NCBI GenBank assembly: GCA_965214835.1
Contig: CBDCCK010000002.1
Coordinates: forward strand, 2,944,001-3,008,000
Source of the DNA: Nitrosopumilaceae archaeon
GTDB taxonomy: Archaea > Thermoproteota > Nitrososphaeria > Nitrososphaerales > Nitrosopumilaceae
Direction: 5' to 3'
Length of the DNA stretch: 64,000 nucleotides
The notes beneath the pieces are model-generated. The model made no database searches. It saw nothing but the letters and a program-made list of their open reading frames with translations, and was not told where the DNA came from. Every line of letters starts with the position of its first letter. Within the stretch, counting starts at the first letter, position 1. The position numbers and the translations under genes are program-made. Below, piece after piece: positions 1-9,673 of this stretch.

Positions 1-330
1 CGATATCATGGTGCCAGACATTCCCCATACCCTCGGTGGTGCGCAGCCCGTACCGCATGCCCCCCGTATGACTCCCCGCGGTGTCCCCTCTGTCCTGTTG
101 TTGGCAGGCCCCATGCCCGAATGCCTGACAAAGGCTAACATGTACGGGGCAGTAGTCACAAGCGTGCCGAAGATGCACCCCCATCCCGATGTACTAAGCC
201 GCTGTTGCCCTTACGCGCAATATCATCTTGGTGCAGTCGTGATCCGGGTACACGTGTTTGGCCTCGCAGAGCATGAGCTGCAGCTGCTTGTAGTAAGACT
301 CCTCGGGCAATGCTGCAAACAGGTTTGCTT
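1..330 (-). pseudogene. IS66-family transposase C-terminal remnant
   Basis: Minus-strand frames give PANNRTE and GLRTTEGM, resembling PTNNLAER and GLRTMEGM of the intact IS66 transposase at 33243-34847; frameshifted; right boundary approximate. Confidence 0.55.
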
Positions 331-341
331 CAAGGTTAAAG

Positions 342-734
342 TTGTCGACATATGAGTTTGTCTGCGTATCAGCATACAGTTCGACGGGATTGGACTTTGC
401 AAGCGAAGATGCCTATGTTGACAGTTCGGGGTATGAGGACAGGTCAAACCCGCCCGTTACAATCGAGTGGGAGAAGGAAGATCTTGCAGAGCATATCACA
501 AAGCAGGGCTATGACCTTTTCGGCGCTCCTGACTCCCACAAGATAAACGAGCCACAGAGCTTTTCCCGTATGCACGAAATGGAGTTCCGCATGGAGCACG
601 AACAGGTAAAATCTGATCCTGCAAGGATTGTGCTTCATTTTGACAGGGATACAGACGAGGATGGCAGGGCCGAACATGCTAGGAAATACGGAAGTTTTAA
701 AGCATTGGTATATGACTTGACACATGATGGATGA
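342..734 (+). CDS. Hypothetical acidic protein (130 aa)
   Basis: Open frame with protein-like composition, overlaps start of next ORF. Confidence 0.6.
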   Translation: MSTYEFVCVSAYSSTGLDFASEDAYVDSSGYEDRSNPPVTIEWEKEDLAEHITKQGYDLFGAPDSHKINEPQSFSRMHEMEFRMEHEQVKSDPARIVLHFDRDTDEDGRAEHARKYGSFKALVYDLTHDG

Positions 735-936
735 GAAACAGATACTCAGGGAGCTTGCAGCACAGGGCGGCAATAAGACACGATATTTCAACCACCTGCG
801 GGGCTGGCTTGATATCGAGGGAACCGCCGAACTGGATGAGTTGTACAGGATTGTGGACGGGGCGCCCGGCAAATGGAATATGACCGAGGATGAATTTAAG
901 GACAGGGTTATGCGCCTGAGTAGTCATGAAAGATGA
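724..936 (+). CDS. Hypothetical protein (70 aa)
   Basis: Overlaps neighbours on both sides, operon-like. Confidence 0.6.
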   Translation: MMDEKQILRELAAQGGNKTRYFNHLRGWLDIEGTAELDELYRIVDGAPGKWNMTEDEFKDRVMRLSSHER

Positions 937-1069
937 GGAACTAAAAGAATATGACACCGTAATCGAGGAAAAGGACATCGATTATGACAATGGTGACTAT
1001 TACTATACCGGTGATGAGTATGTGGACAAGGACGGCCAGCTCATCTTTGAGCGGTTAGAGGCATATTGA
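926..1069 (+). CDS. Small acidic hypothetical protein (47 aa, MKDEELKEYDTV...LEAY)
   Basis: Read by hand; ATG at 926 overlaps previous ORF end, TGA at 1067-1069; below ORF-track cutoff. Confidence 0.45.
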   Translation: MKDEELKEYDTVIEEKDIDYDNGDYYYTGDEYVDKDGQLIFERLEAY

Positions 1070-1136
1070 AATATCTGACATCGCAGCCAATTAAAGAAAA
1101 ACGCCGTTTCCTATAACAAGAAAACCCGTTATTAAA

Positions 1137-1780
1137 GTACGAGGTGCAGCTGTTTGTAGTAAGATCCCTGGTGCAGCCCTTGGATACATGCAACTCGGCA
1201 TCACGCAACGCGTGCGCCCAGCAACTCCGTATATCCCCGTACCCGAGGTGCGACCCGTGCCCGTCGCAGGCCAGCGGCACCTAAAAGCACGGATAGAACT
1301 CGTCGGGTACTGTGCCAGCACACGTCCCTGCCACCGTAAAGTGCACGCAGTCGTGGCCGACTGCAATCCACACGTACGAGGACCCGCTGCCTGCCACCGA
1401 AAGCGGCGTCTCGCATATGCTCGGGAGTTTCATCCGGCCAGATCCAGCCTGATCTGCTCGGCGTGGGGCTACATGACATTTGAGGCAGTCTTGAGTCCGT
1501 CATCCACGGCCGTCTTGCACATGCCGGCTTCAAACGCGCCGGAGACATCATACATGGCCTCCTCTCTTGATCGGCAATCTTCAGATGCGGCCAGACTCAT
1601 GGCGGTGCAGGCGGCCACATACGGATCTGAAGGCAGCCTGGCCTGAGCTGTCTTGGATTTGGAGCCATCCTGTGTGGTACTTTTGGGAAGACTGATCGGT
1701 CAGGCAGACATCTATCTGCAGCTGTGGTTTTTACGCCCAACCCGCAGAGAGGACGTGGCCTCACGGGCGTTTTTGTTCCA
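1137..1780 (-). pseudogene. IS66-family transposase remnant
   Basis: Fragments DET, VWIAVG and CDG...CWAHALRDA spread over three frames; GTACGAG end-like sequence at 1137; right boundary approximate. Confidence 0.65.
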
Positions 1781-1802
1781 AAGAGCGGGGCAGGAATGTG
1801 GC

Positions 1803-2642
1803 CTAACCTTTGGCATTCACATTCTGTTCGTGATCCTCAGGATCGAGTCCTCCAGGGCCCTTTAGGAACCCAAGTACAACCTGGCAGAACCTGTCAGGAT
1901 CCTCCACATATGGCGTATGGCCGCAGAAATCCATCCTAAGGAACCTGCAGTCGCGTATGGAGGAGACAAAGTGTTCTGCATGCTCAATCGGTATAACGGG
2001 ATCCCTCCCACCCCATACAATCAGGGTGGGGGTTTCAATGGATCGCAGCTTTGCCGTTATCATATCGGCATTCTTTAGCCCCAGCAGGGTTGACATGAAG
2101 GCCATTTTGGCATTAGGCATCTGCATTCTTTGAACAAACCCGTCTATGATATGCAGGTCTATCTTCCTAGGTGAGCCCGTCATTTCCTGAAATGCGTTTT
2201 TGGCACCCTCCCGGCTGGGATAAAGGGCGGCCATTATATATGCGTCCAGGGCAGGGGTGGAGGTCTTCATTACGCCTGACGGGGAGACTAGTATCAGCTT
2301 TTCAACGGAGCTTGAATCCCGCGAACAGTATTCGGCGGCAATGTGTCCCCCAAGAGAGGATCCGATCAATGACGGGCCGGCCACCCCGGTACGCTCAAAG
2401 AACCCCTCCAGAAAATCTGCAAAAAAGTCCGGAGTATAGTCTGCAAGAGGCTTGTCGCTGAGGCCAAAGCCAATCAGATCGGGCACGACTACACGGAAAT
2501 GCCTCCTAAGGATCGGAACAACGAACTCCCATCGCTCTGCAGAGGCGCCTAGGCCATGAATCAGGACCAGGGGCGGCCTGTCAGAGGATGAATCAAGGTA
2601 TCGAATTTTGTTCCCATCCACGAGGATGAACCTTTCATCCAA
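1803..2642 (-). CDS. Alpha/beta fold hydrolase
   Basis: LIHGLG, PDLIGFG, GSSLGG nucleophile motif, WGGRD and GH catalytic residues; TTG start at 2642 preferred over 2696. Confidence 0.92.
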   Translation of the reverse strand: MDERFILVDGNKIRYLDSSSDRPPLVLIHGLGASAERWEFVVPILRRHFRVVVPDLIGFGLSDKPLADYTPDFFADFLEGFFERTGVAGPSLIGSSLGGHIAAEYCSRDSSSVEKLILVSPSGVMKTSTPALDAYIMAALYPSREGAKNAFQEMTGSPRKIDLHIIDGFVQRMQMPNAKMAFMSTLLGLKNADMITAKLRSIETPTLIVWGGRDPVIPIEHAEHFVSSIRDCRFLRMDFCGHTPYVEDPDRFCQVVLGFLKGPGGLDPEDHEQNVNAKG

Positions 2643-2743
2643 CAACCTTGCATCCGCCAAGATGAGTAGATAAATTTTGTCAGCAGATGCGATCACGTGA
2701 AGATCAGGAGTATTCTTTTTAGTAAGACGGGCAAGGGTAAAGT

Positions 2744-3169
2744 ATGGCGGTAAAAAAAATCCTGGTTCCGATGGACGGCTCTACCAACGCATTCAGGGGA
2801 CTGAACATGGCAATCTCTATTGCCGAGCCCGTGGGGGCGTCGATCGTGCTGGTACATGCGATGTACGAACCCGCACGCTCTGAATTCAGGGGGGCCGGCT
2901 CGATTAGCAGTGCCGAGAAAAAGGATATTGAAAAATTCATGAAAAAGGCAGAGGATGCACTCGAGCAGAGGGGCATCCCCTTCAAGTCAAAGGTCGTCTA
3001 TGGAAACACGGGGTATAACATCCTCAAGATGGCGCACTCAAAATCAGAAAAGTTTGATCTGGTGGTGATAGGATCAAGGGGCAGGGGATCAATCAAGGAG
3101 ATGTTTTTTGGGAGCACGTCAAACTACGTGATTCACTCCTCAAAAATTCCAGTACTGGTTGTAAAGTAG
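2744..3169 (+). CDS. Universal stress protein (UspA family)
   Basis: KKILVPMDGS ... DLVVIGSRGRG ... FFGSTS ... PVLVVK. Confidence 0.95.
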   Translation: MAVKKILVPMDGSTNAFRGLNMAISIAEPVGASIVLVHAMYEPARSEFRGAGSISSAEKKDIEKFMKKAEDALEQRGIPFKSKVVYGNTGYNILKMAHSKSEKFDLVVIGSRGRGSIKEMFFGSTSNYVIHSSKIPVLVVK

Positions 3170-3256
3170 ATCGAGGCAGTCTCCCTCCTGCTCCATGCCC
3201 GGCCATAAAGCAGGTTCAGATTTCTAACCCGGCCGGAGTTTGATGAAAGGCAGGAT

Positions 3257-3712
3257 TCAGCGAATGCCGTTTTTCTCAAAGTATTTCTGGTGGTATTCCT
3301 CGGCATCATAGAAAGGCCGTGCAGGCTTTACCTCGGTGACTATGGGCTTTGAGAATCTTCCAGAATTTTCTAGCTTGTTTTTTGACCGGACGGCCCTTTC
3401 TAATTGATCATCGGAGTGGGCAAAAACTGCAGAGCGGTATTGCCTTCCTATGTCAGGACCCTGCCTGTTCAGCGTGGTAGGATCATGGTTTGTCCAAAAG
3501 ACATCCAGCAGTTTTTCATAGGAGACTCTGTCAGGATCATACTCTACCTGAACTGCCTCTGCATGCCCCGTCAAGTCGGTACAGACCTGCTCGTATGTCG
3601 GACTCTCGATGGTGCCATCGGTGTATCCGACCCTTGTACCGGTGACACCGTCAATTTTTTGAAATATGGCCTCGACATGCCAAAAACATCCGGCTGCAAA
3701 GGTCGCCTTCAT
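3257..3712 (-). CDS. msrA: Peptide-methionine (S)-S-oxide reductase
   Basis: [33 protein letters not shown] motifs. Confidence 0.97.
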   Translation of the reverse strand: MKATFAAGCFWHVEAIFQKIDGVTGTRVGYTDGTIESPTYEQVCTDLTGHAEAVQVEYDPDRVSYEKLLDVFWTNHDPTTLNRQGPDIGRQYRSAVFAHSDDQLERAVRSKNKLENSGRFSKPIVTEVKPARPFYDAEEYHQKYFEKNGIR

Positions 3713-3754
3713 GTATTAGGTACAAGACGATGATTTATAGAATTATCGCTTTAC

Positions 3755-4700
3755 GGTTCTGTGTAATCTTCGATATAGACATGAAATCACGATCTTCTCT
3801 AGATTGGAATTTGTGCATAAACATAGCTCTTGATTAGTGAGGCATTTTGAATGATCGTCTTCCACCTGTTTGTACCGTCCACGTTTATCAGAGCCGATTC
3901 TGCCGGGGTCTGGCCGTTCAGTGCTCCGTGTTTTTTTGTGAAATTATAGTAGGCCCTCATTCCGTCAAGGATTGCAGTGTCGGTCTTCTTGAGGCCCCTG
4001 AACACCTTCTCACGGTCTCCAATCTCGCCGTTGAGCCTCTCCATCTTGTTGTTATTGTCGCGGTCACGCTTGCCTGCCAGGTGAATGTGCTTCACGTGGT
4101 TTGTTCCCTTTCCGAATACCTTCCTTGAGGACTTGGCATAGGCCGGAAGCCCGTCTGTGATGAAGTTCCCGGGATTCTCTCCTGCCTGCTTCTCAGTCAT
4201 GTCCAAGAGGGAATCGGCATTGTGCTGGAACTTGGTTGTTGCCAGATCCGAGGCCAGTCAGTACCGGGTATCGTCGTCCATCGAGGCAAAAAGGTAGCAC
4301 TGCCTGCCGTTTATTTTGACCCACACCTCACCAGCTCGGAACCATGAGCCGACCCTTGGGACTATGCCGCCGAGGCATCCGGCCGCAAGTCTGGAATATT
4401 CGTCAATCCAGTTGCATATGGCCTTAAATGACACGTCGGTTCCCATCATCCCATAGTGATCCACGATATCCCTGACTGACATTCCAGTGTAATGCATCTG
4501 CAAGGCTCCGGTAATGATCCTCTCGTCATACTGCTTTTTCTCGAATTAAGTTTGCAGTAAATCACTTCTTGCAGTCTTGACATTTGAATATCTGCATGGC
4601 TTTGGTTTTGTTCTTTTTCATACCGGGCTTTACGATATTACCCGAATCACAGAGATTGCACATCCTAGGCTCCGACCTTTCCATCATCCTGAATCCAGCT
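3755..4700 (-). mobile_element. IS6-family element, degenerate (DDE transposase with stops, 5' truncated)
   Basis: Terminal GGTTCTGTGTAATCTT at 3755; ORF pieces 3799-4206 and 4258-4503 homologous to 36142-37263. Confidence 0.85.
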
Positions 4701-4866
4701 GATTCTGTACTAGATTGGCCCCATTTGCGTCAGGCCCAGTGCCCGGCCCACACCAGTCCAAAGGTACCGTGGATTGACTGCCGATGCCGGATTGCCAGCA
4801 ACCTCATCATCACTAGCAGATATTGCTGCTTGACAGAATGGACTATCGCCCACAGGAGGCTTTGGC

Positions 4867-5238
4867 TTATCCGACGGGCTCTACGCTCCAAGAGTCATTT
4901 ACCCACAATCCAACTACCCGCACGGGCAGCTTCCAGGAGTCGACTCGCTCCACTGCCTTTTGGATGTGCCCAATATGCTCGTCTCTTGAGACGGGATTTG
5001 CAGCGCACTCGTGGTGTCCTGAGACAAAGACCAGTCTTGACTTGTGCGCGTTGATTGAGATTTCCACCTTGGACTTTAGATGGGACTCTGCATCAGAGGG
5101 ACCAGACAGCATCAGATCACAGCCGGGCTCGGAGATCACATCAACGAACTCAACGCCATGATTTTCCCTGATCCACCCAGAGATCGGAGTCTGAACGCGT
5201 CCGTCTATGCAGTTAATCGATGTGGCAAATACGGCCAT
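4867..5238 (-). CDS. Putative beta-class-like carbonic anhydrase
   Basis: CIDGR and GHHECA zinc-ligand motifs (CxDxR, HxxC). Confidence 0.75.
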   Translation of the reverse strand: MAVFATSINCIDGRVQTPISGWIRENHGVEFVDVISEPGCDLMLSGPSDAESHLKSKVEISINAHKSRLVFVSGHHECAANPVSRDEHIGHIQKAVERVDSWKLPVRVVGLWVNDSWSVEPVG

Positions 5239-5642
5239 TACGCAACACTCGTAAAGATATCGACGACCTTTTTTGCAAGACTCTCAATGTTTACTGTAGG
5301 TTCTGCAGTAACCAAAAGCAGTATATCAGACACGGGGAATGGAAAGCTGATCAGGACCAGCTTGTCACGCCTTGCCGCAAGATAATTAATCGGTCCAAGG
5401 CTTTTGTCATAGTCTTTTCTTATGGATACCTTGGAGACAAACTCTACGAAGGACTGCAGTTTTGACTCGTCATCCTCCAACGGAGGAACCCCCTCACGCT
5501 GTCCTCCGGCAACTATTCTCCCACCGCCGTCAACTATTGCCGCAAATCTGACAGAGTCCTCGCTTTGGATCTGAAGGCACTTTTCTGCATACAGCTTGTA
5601 CTTTGAGTCATCATACATCCTGCCTGTTGTCCTCGTACTCAA
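5238..5642 (-). CDS. DUF6659-like (roadblock/profilin-like fold) thaumarchaeal protein
   Basis: VRFAAIVDGGGRIVAGG ... LGPINY ... ISFP pattern. Confidence 0.8.
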   Translation of the reverse strand: MSTRTTGRMYDDSKYKLYAEKCLQIQSEDSVRFAAIVDGGGRIVAGGQREGVPPLEDDESKLQSFVEFVSKVSIRKDYDKSLGPINYLAARRDKLVLISFPFPVSDILLLVTAEPTVNIESLAKKVVDIFTSVA

Positions 5643-5798
5643 AATAAAAACCTAACATCCGAGGCATGCAGCCTTAACGCACATCTGAGACGGTGCAAGG
5701 AAAACGCCAGGTTTTGCACGGATGGAACGATCTCCGGCGGGAGCTCCAGTGCTCCAAGATACGTAGCCATCAGGGTGCAAAAAAGGGGTAAAAGGTGG

Positions 5799-6146
5799 TT
5801 ATGTGAAAGAACGAGTCTTGTTGACGATCTTTTTATGATCAAAGCTGGGACTGGTCGTAACATAGAGCAAGTGGCTTTTACCAGCTGGCAATGTGATACG
5901 CTTTACCTTATCATATTCAGCTATGGCATACTTGCACTTGCCCAGTTTACGAGCTAGTTGCTTTCGTTTTTTCCATTGGCTTGCTGCCATCTTCAAAGAA
6001 GCTTTGCTTTCTGCTGGTGAAAGCCTGTTTTGCGTGGTTTTTCTTCTTGCATGATATACTAGGTTGCCATCCATGTCACAGATAGAAACCACACGAACAC
6101 CGGTGCCTACTTTGAGTAGTTTTTCAGCTGCTGTTGCAACATCCAT
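5799..6146 (-). CDS. DUF6659-like thaumarchaeal protein
   Basis: VRVVSICDMDG ... LGKCKYAIAEYDKVKRITLP; ATG at 6146. Confidence 0.8.
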   Translation of the reverse strand: MDVATAAEKLLKVGTGVRVVSICDMDGNLVYHARRKTTQNRLSPAESKASLKMAASQWKKRKQLARKLGKCKYAIAEYDKVKRITLPAGKSHLLYVTTSPSFDHKKIVNKTRSFT

Positions 6147-6433
6147 GCGTTTTTGAGCAAAACAATAGATGATAAAGTTTTCCGCGCTGTAACATAGATG
6201 AATAACCGTGCCTGAACGCGTAAAAACAGCCAGTTTTTCGTACCTAAAATCGGGGTTATGCATCCATGGTAAAACGCCCGCCAGTAACATGGCAACGTTC
6301 CTTTCTTCTTCTGATCCGTGCCTAGTCGGCCGGGCCGTGCTTTATAGCTAACGCTAGCAATACGCACGAGCCAGTCCTGTCGCACCTGCCAGGGTGCGGG
6401 CGGATCATTGGGTGGGTGGGTGGGGGATGGAAG

Positions 6434-6541
6434 GTGGTAATCCTATGCCGTTCCCGCCAGTTCTGTCACGGCAGGATGTATGTTTTGCTTGCGGCATGTC
6501 ATCGAGTGGTAATCCTATGCCGTTCCCGCCAGTTCTGTCAC
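6434..6541. CRISPR. Single repeat-spacer-repeat unit (36/36/36 bp), CRISPR-like, possibly ectopic
   Basis: GTGGTAATCCTATGCCGTTCCCGCCAGTTCTGTCAC at 6434-6469 and 6506-6541; insert matches reverse complement of 49748-49783 at 34/36. Confidence 0.6.
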
Positions 6542-7624
6542 CCTCTTGATCTTCTTGTCGTACAGGGCAGCATTGCGCGATGAATACGCAGTCTTTGTCG
6601 TCAGCATGTGCCAGATTATCCTGAGCATCTTGTTTGCAACATGCGTTATCGCTATGACGTGGTTGTTGCCGTTCCTTTTGCGGACCCTCTCGTAGAACTC
6701 CCTCATCCTGTCGTCGTGCTGTACGGCGACGTTGGCTATCTGGATCATCAGCCAGTTGATCCTGCGGTTTGCATCCTTTTTCATGTGGCCGTGGTACTCG
6801 CGATCCCCCGACTGGTACACCCGGGGACACATGCCGGCCCAGGACACAAGCTGGTTCGGCGATGGAAACCTGGTTATGTCACCGATCTCTGCTATCAGCA
6901 GCATTGCTGCAAAGGTGTCTATTCCCGTCATGCTCAACAGCAGCTTGGCATCCTCGTTCGATCCTGCCTGTCTTCCTATGTCCTCCCCTGCTTGGTCTAT
7001 CTCCTCTGTGACGTGTACAATCCTCCTAGTGCAGCTTGCCAGTATCCTGTCATCGTTTGGCATGTTCAGCCTGGTATCGGAGATCTTCCGTATGGCCTTC
7101 TTGGAGTACATCGTGGATGCATCTATGGCTATATCGTACTTGTCAAGCCAAGCTGTGCAGCCCGTTTATGACTGCGGTCCTCTCCTGTACCATCCGTATC
7201 CTGTACCTCATCAGCTCCCTGACATCCCTCAGCTCTGCTGATGCCACGTAGCATCGTGGTATCATTCCGGCCCTGAGCGTGTCGGCTATCTTCCTTGCGT
7301 CTATCGGGTCGGTCTTTGCGCTGGTCTCTGATACTATCTTCATCTTGAGGGTGTTTGCAAGCAGTATGGGGATATGCTGATCCTCAAACGCCCTGAACGT
7401 CTTTAGCCACATGTTGCCCGTTGACTCGCATGCGGCCTGGCACTTTTTGTACTCTTTTTTCAGTCGTGCAGCAAGCTTTGATGCCTCCTTGTACGTGTTG
7501 TTATACGAGCCCTCCTCTAGCACGTGTCCCTTGGCGTCGATGACGCACACTGCGCATTTTCTCTTTCCAATGTCTATTCCTATGCTTCTCAATCCTTTTC
7601 TTTCACCTCCTTTTGGATATGGTT

Positions 7625-7765
7625 TGACAGATCAGAAGCTGCATTCATCCATCAGTGCGCGTAGCACAGGAACACAGCAGCTCGGATATCCCCATTCAAC
7701 AGGTAGTGCGCGAAGCACATGCATAACGAGGGGTTGATCCATCACCCTGGCTACGGCGGGGGCGT
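7625..7765 (-). ncRNA. Putative IS110 bridge RNA (two stem/internal-loop/hairpin domains)
   Basis: Minus strand: CCCC-loop-GTGC(TTCGC)GCAC-loop-GGGG then GAGCTGC-loop-GTGC(TACGC)GCAC-loop-GCAGCTT; loop segments match the element junction; ends approximate. Confidence 0.75.
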
Positions 7766-8064
7766 TTTTATCATGTGTTCAACAGGCTACGCGCTGTAAA
7801 AACCTGCAAAAATCTCACCATATTTACGATCTTTTTACTCATCCGTAGATCCATTACGGGGACTTGATCGCCAAATGCAGGGAAAATGACCAAGGCGGTA
7901 CGTGGTGGGCCGATTTGCCCGAGGAGACGCAGGAAGGCATGGAGTGTGAATAGTCCAGCCTCAATAGTTCTGATTGACCCAGTAGCCAGACTCGGCCCGG
8001 ATCGGGGGCTTGCTCGTACTCTTACAGATGCCCTGATGATGCGGGCAGGCATGATGCGTAGTAT

Positions 8065-9111
8065 CTAGCCGAGATAATCGCTCATCTGGCAGATTTTGAT
8101 CTCGCCCCTGCGCAACATGACGCGTATGGACTTTTGCATCTCGCCGACGGTCTGATACAGGCGGCTTGCAGTCGCCTTTTTGACCCCGCGCCACTGCCCC
8201 TCTATCGGGCTCAGCTCCGGCGTGTACGGCGGCAGGAACTTTAGCACCACATCACCATTCCATTCTGCCAGCTGCTCCCCGACCAGTGCGGCCCTGTGAT
8301 ACGATGCGTTGTCGACAAACAGCAGCACCTTGCCGTACTTGCGACGCAGCACCTTGAGAAACCTGATGGACGTGTGCTTGGCCGTTTTGTAAAAGCGGCA
8401 GTCAAGTCCGTTTGCCGACAGGGCACCGATCGAATAGAACCTCTCCTTTGACAGGTTGGACGGCGCAAAGACCGGGCCTTCCCACGGGATACCAGCTGTT
8501 CTTGACGTTCCACCCAAGGATGAACGAGGCCTCGTCCCCTATCATTGCCGTGTGCTCCCTCTTTGAATGGTACCTTACGTGCCACCTAGCTTTTTTTTGA
8601 ACTCTTCTTTCTCGGATTCTGAGGCTGGTTTTGGGTGCTTTGGGCGGGGGGCTTTCTGCATGAAAAGCCCAGGCATGTGCAGTATCTTGCATGCGCTGGA
8701 GACGGCATAGTCTGCCTTGTATTTCTTTTTGATGTGTACCGCAAGCAGCGGTGCGGTCCACACCTCCGACTCGAATCCGCAGCTGCGCGGGCCCGCAACC
8801 AGGTCGGCGCGCACCTGCTTGAGATTCCCTGCGTCCGGCCACATCTTGGTGCCGGGCCTCTTGATGTCGTACCTGCCCTGTATGCCAAGCTGCATGGCCC
8901 ATATCGGCCAGTCACGTATCGTAGAGTACCCCCGGCCGAGCTGCCTGGCTATCTGGCGTATCGAGTCGCCTTTTTTGCGACGCATGTAGGCCATCAGCCT
9001 GGCTGCGGCCTTGGAGTCGGTCTCGTTTTTGTACCTCTCAAAGAGGGACGGGGTCGAGACGTTGGGAAGAAACTTGCCCCCTGTTGGGATCATCGAGTAG
9101 TCTGGTTTCAT
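8065..9111 (-). mobile_element. IS630-family transposase (HTH ORF 8575-9111 plus DDE ORF), A8 slippery site, one further frameshift
   Basis: WTAPLL HTH region, DEAS, VDNASYH, LPPYTPELSPIE; TTCAAAAAAAAG at the ORF junction. Confidence 0.9.
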
Positions 9112-9673
9112 GCGTATTGCTTCACTGTATCGTATCTGGGTATTTTGGTGAAAATTTCCTGTCCTTTTTGTGATTGGTTACTGCACATAGTTACTAATCA
9201 ACCAGATCGTAGGGGGTTGCGCCTCCTCACTAGTCAGACATGAAGGTCACAGCTATGGGAGAATTCATGTCCGATTGATCAGGTGCAGGTGGGCCTCATA
9301 CACCAGATCTAGCCACAATCAGAACCACTGCCAGTGTTTTTGGTCAGCGCACCCCTGATCATGCATGCCACACTGATAGGAACCATCATGCCACCCCGCC
9401 TTTGGCAGTCCCACATTCTGCATCCTCGGGGCCGGCGGTGACGTGTTTGTTCTAGTCTGAGAGTCGTGGTAGGCTGGTTAAAATGCCGCTCGTCTTCACG
9501 CGGCGCCTCCCTGCCCAGTACAACTCGGATCGATCCCGCCACATATGCGGGACTCGCGCATCCTGTCGCCCGCGTCGTCCCCCTGCGTCTCTGACATCGT
9601 GGCAGTCCGTGGGGCCGCCGCGCGGCAAGCTGGGATCAACAGCAATATATCTAGTACGGGGTGGACGACATCC

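Larger units (their letters stand above)
6405..7780 (-). mobile_element. IS110-family element; transposase 6515-7592 split by a frameshift near 7145
   Basis: IGIDIGK, ESTG, KTDPIDA (DEDD RuvC-like) and GID...AEIGDITRF...AGMCP..YQSG; no TIRs; TCA at both ends; ends shared with 11770-11987. Confidence 0.93.

Noticed and set aside
7143-7150. IS110 split as a programmed frameshift
   Set aside because: No slippery run; a single extra G explains it (mutation or sequencing error)
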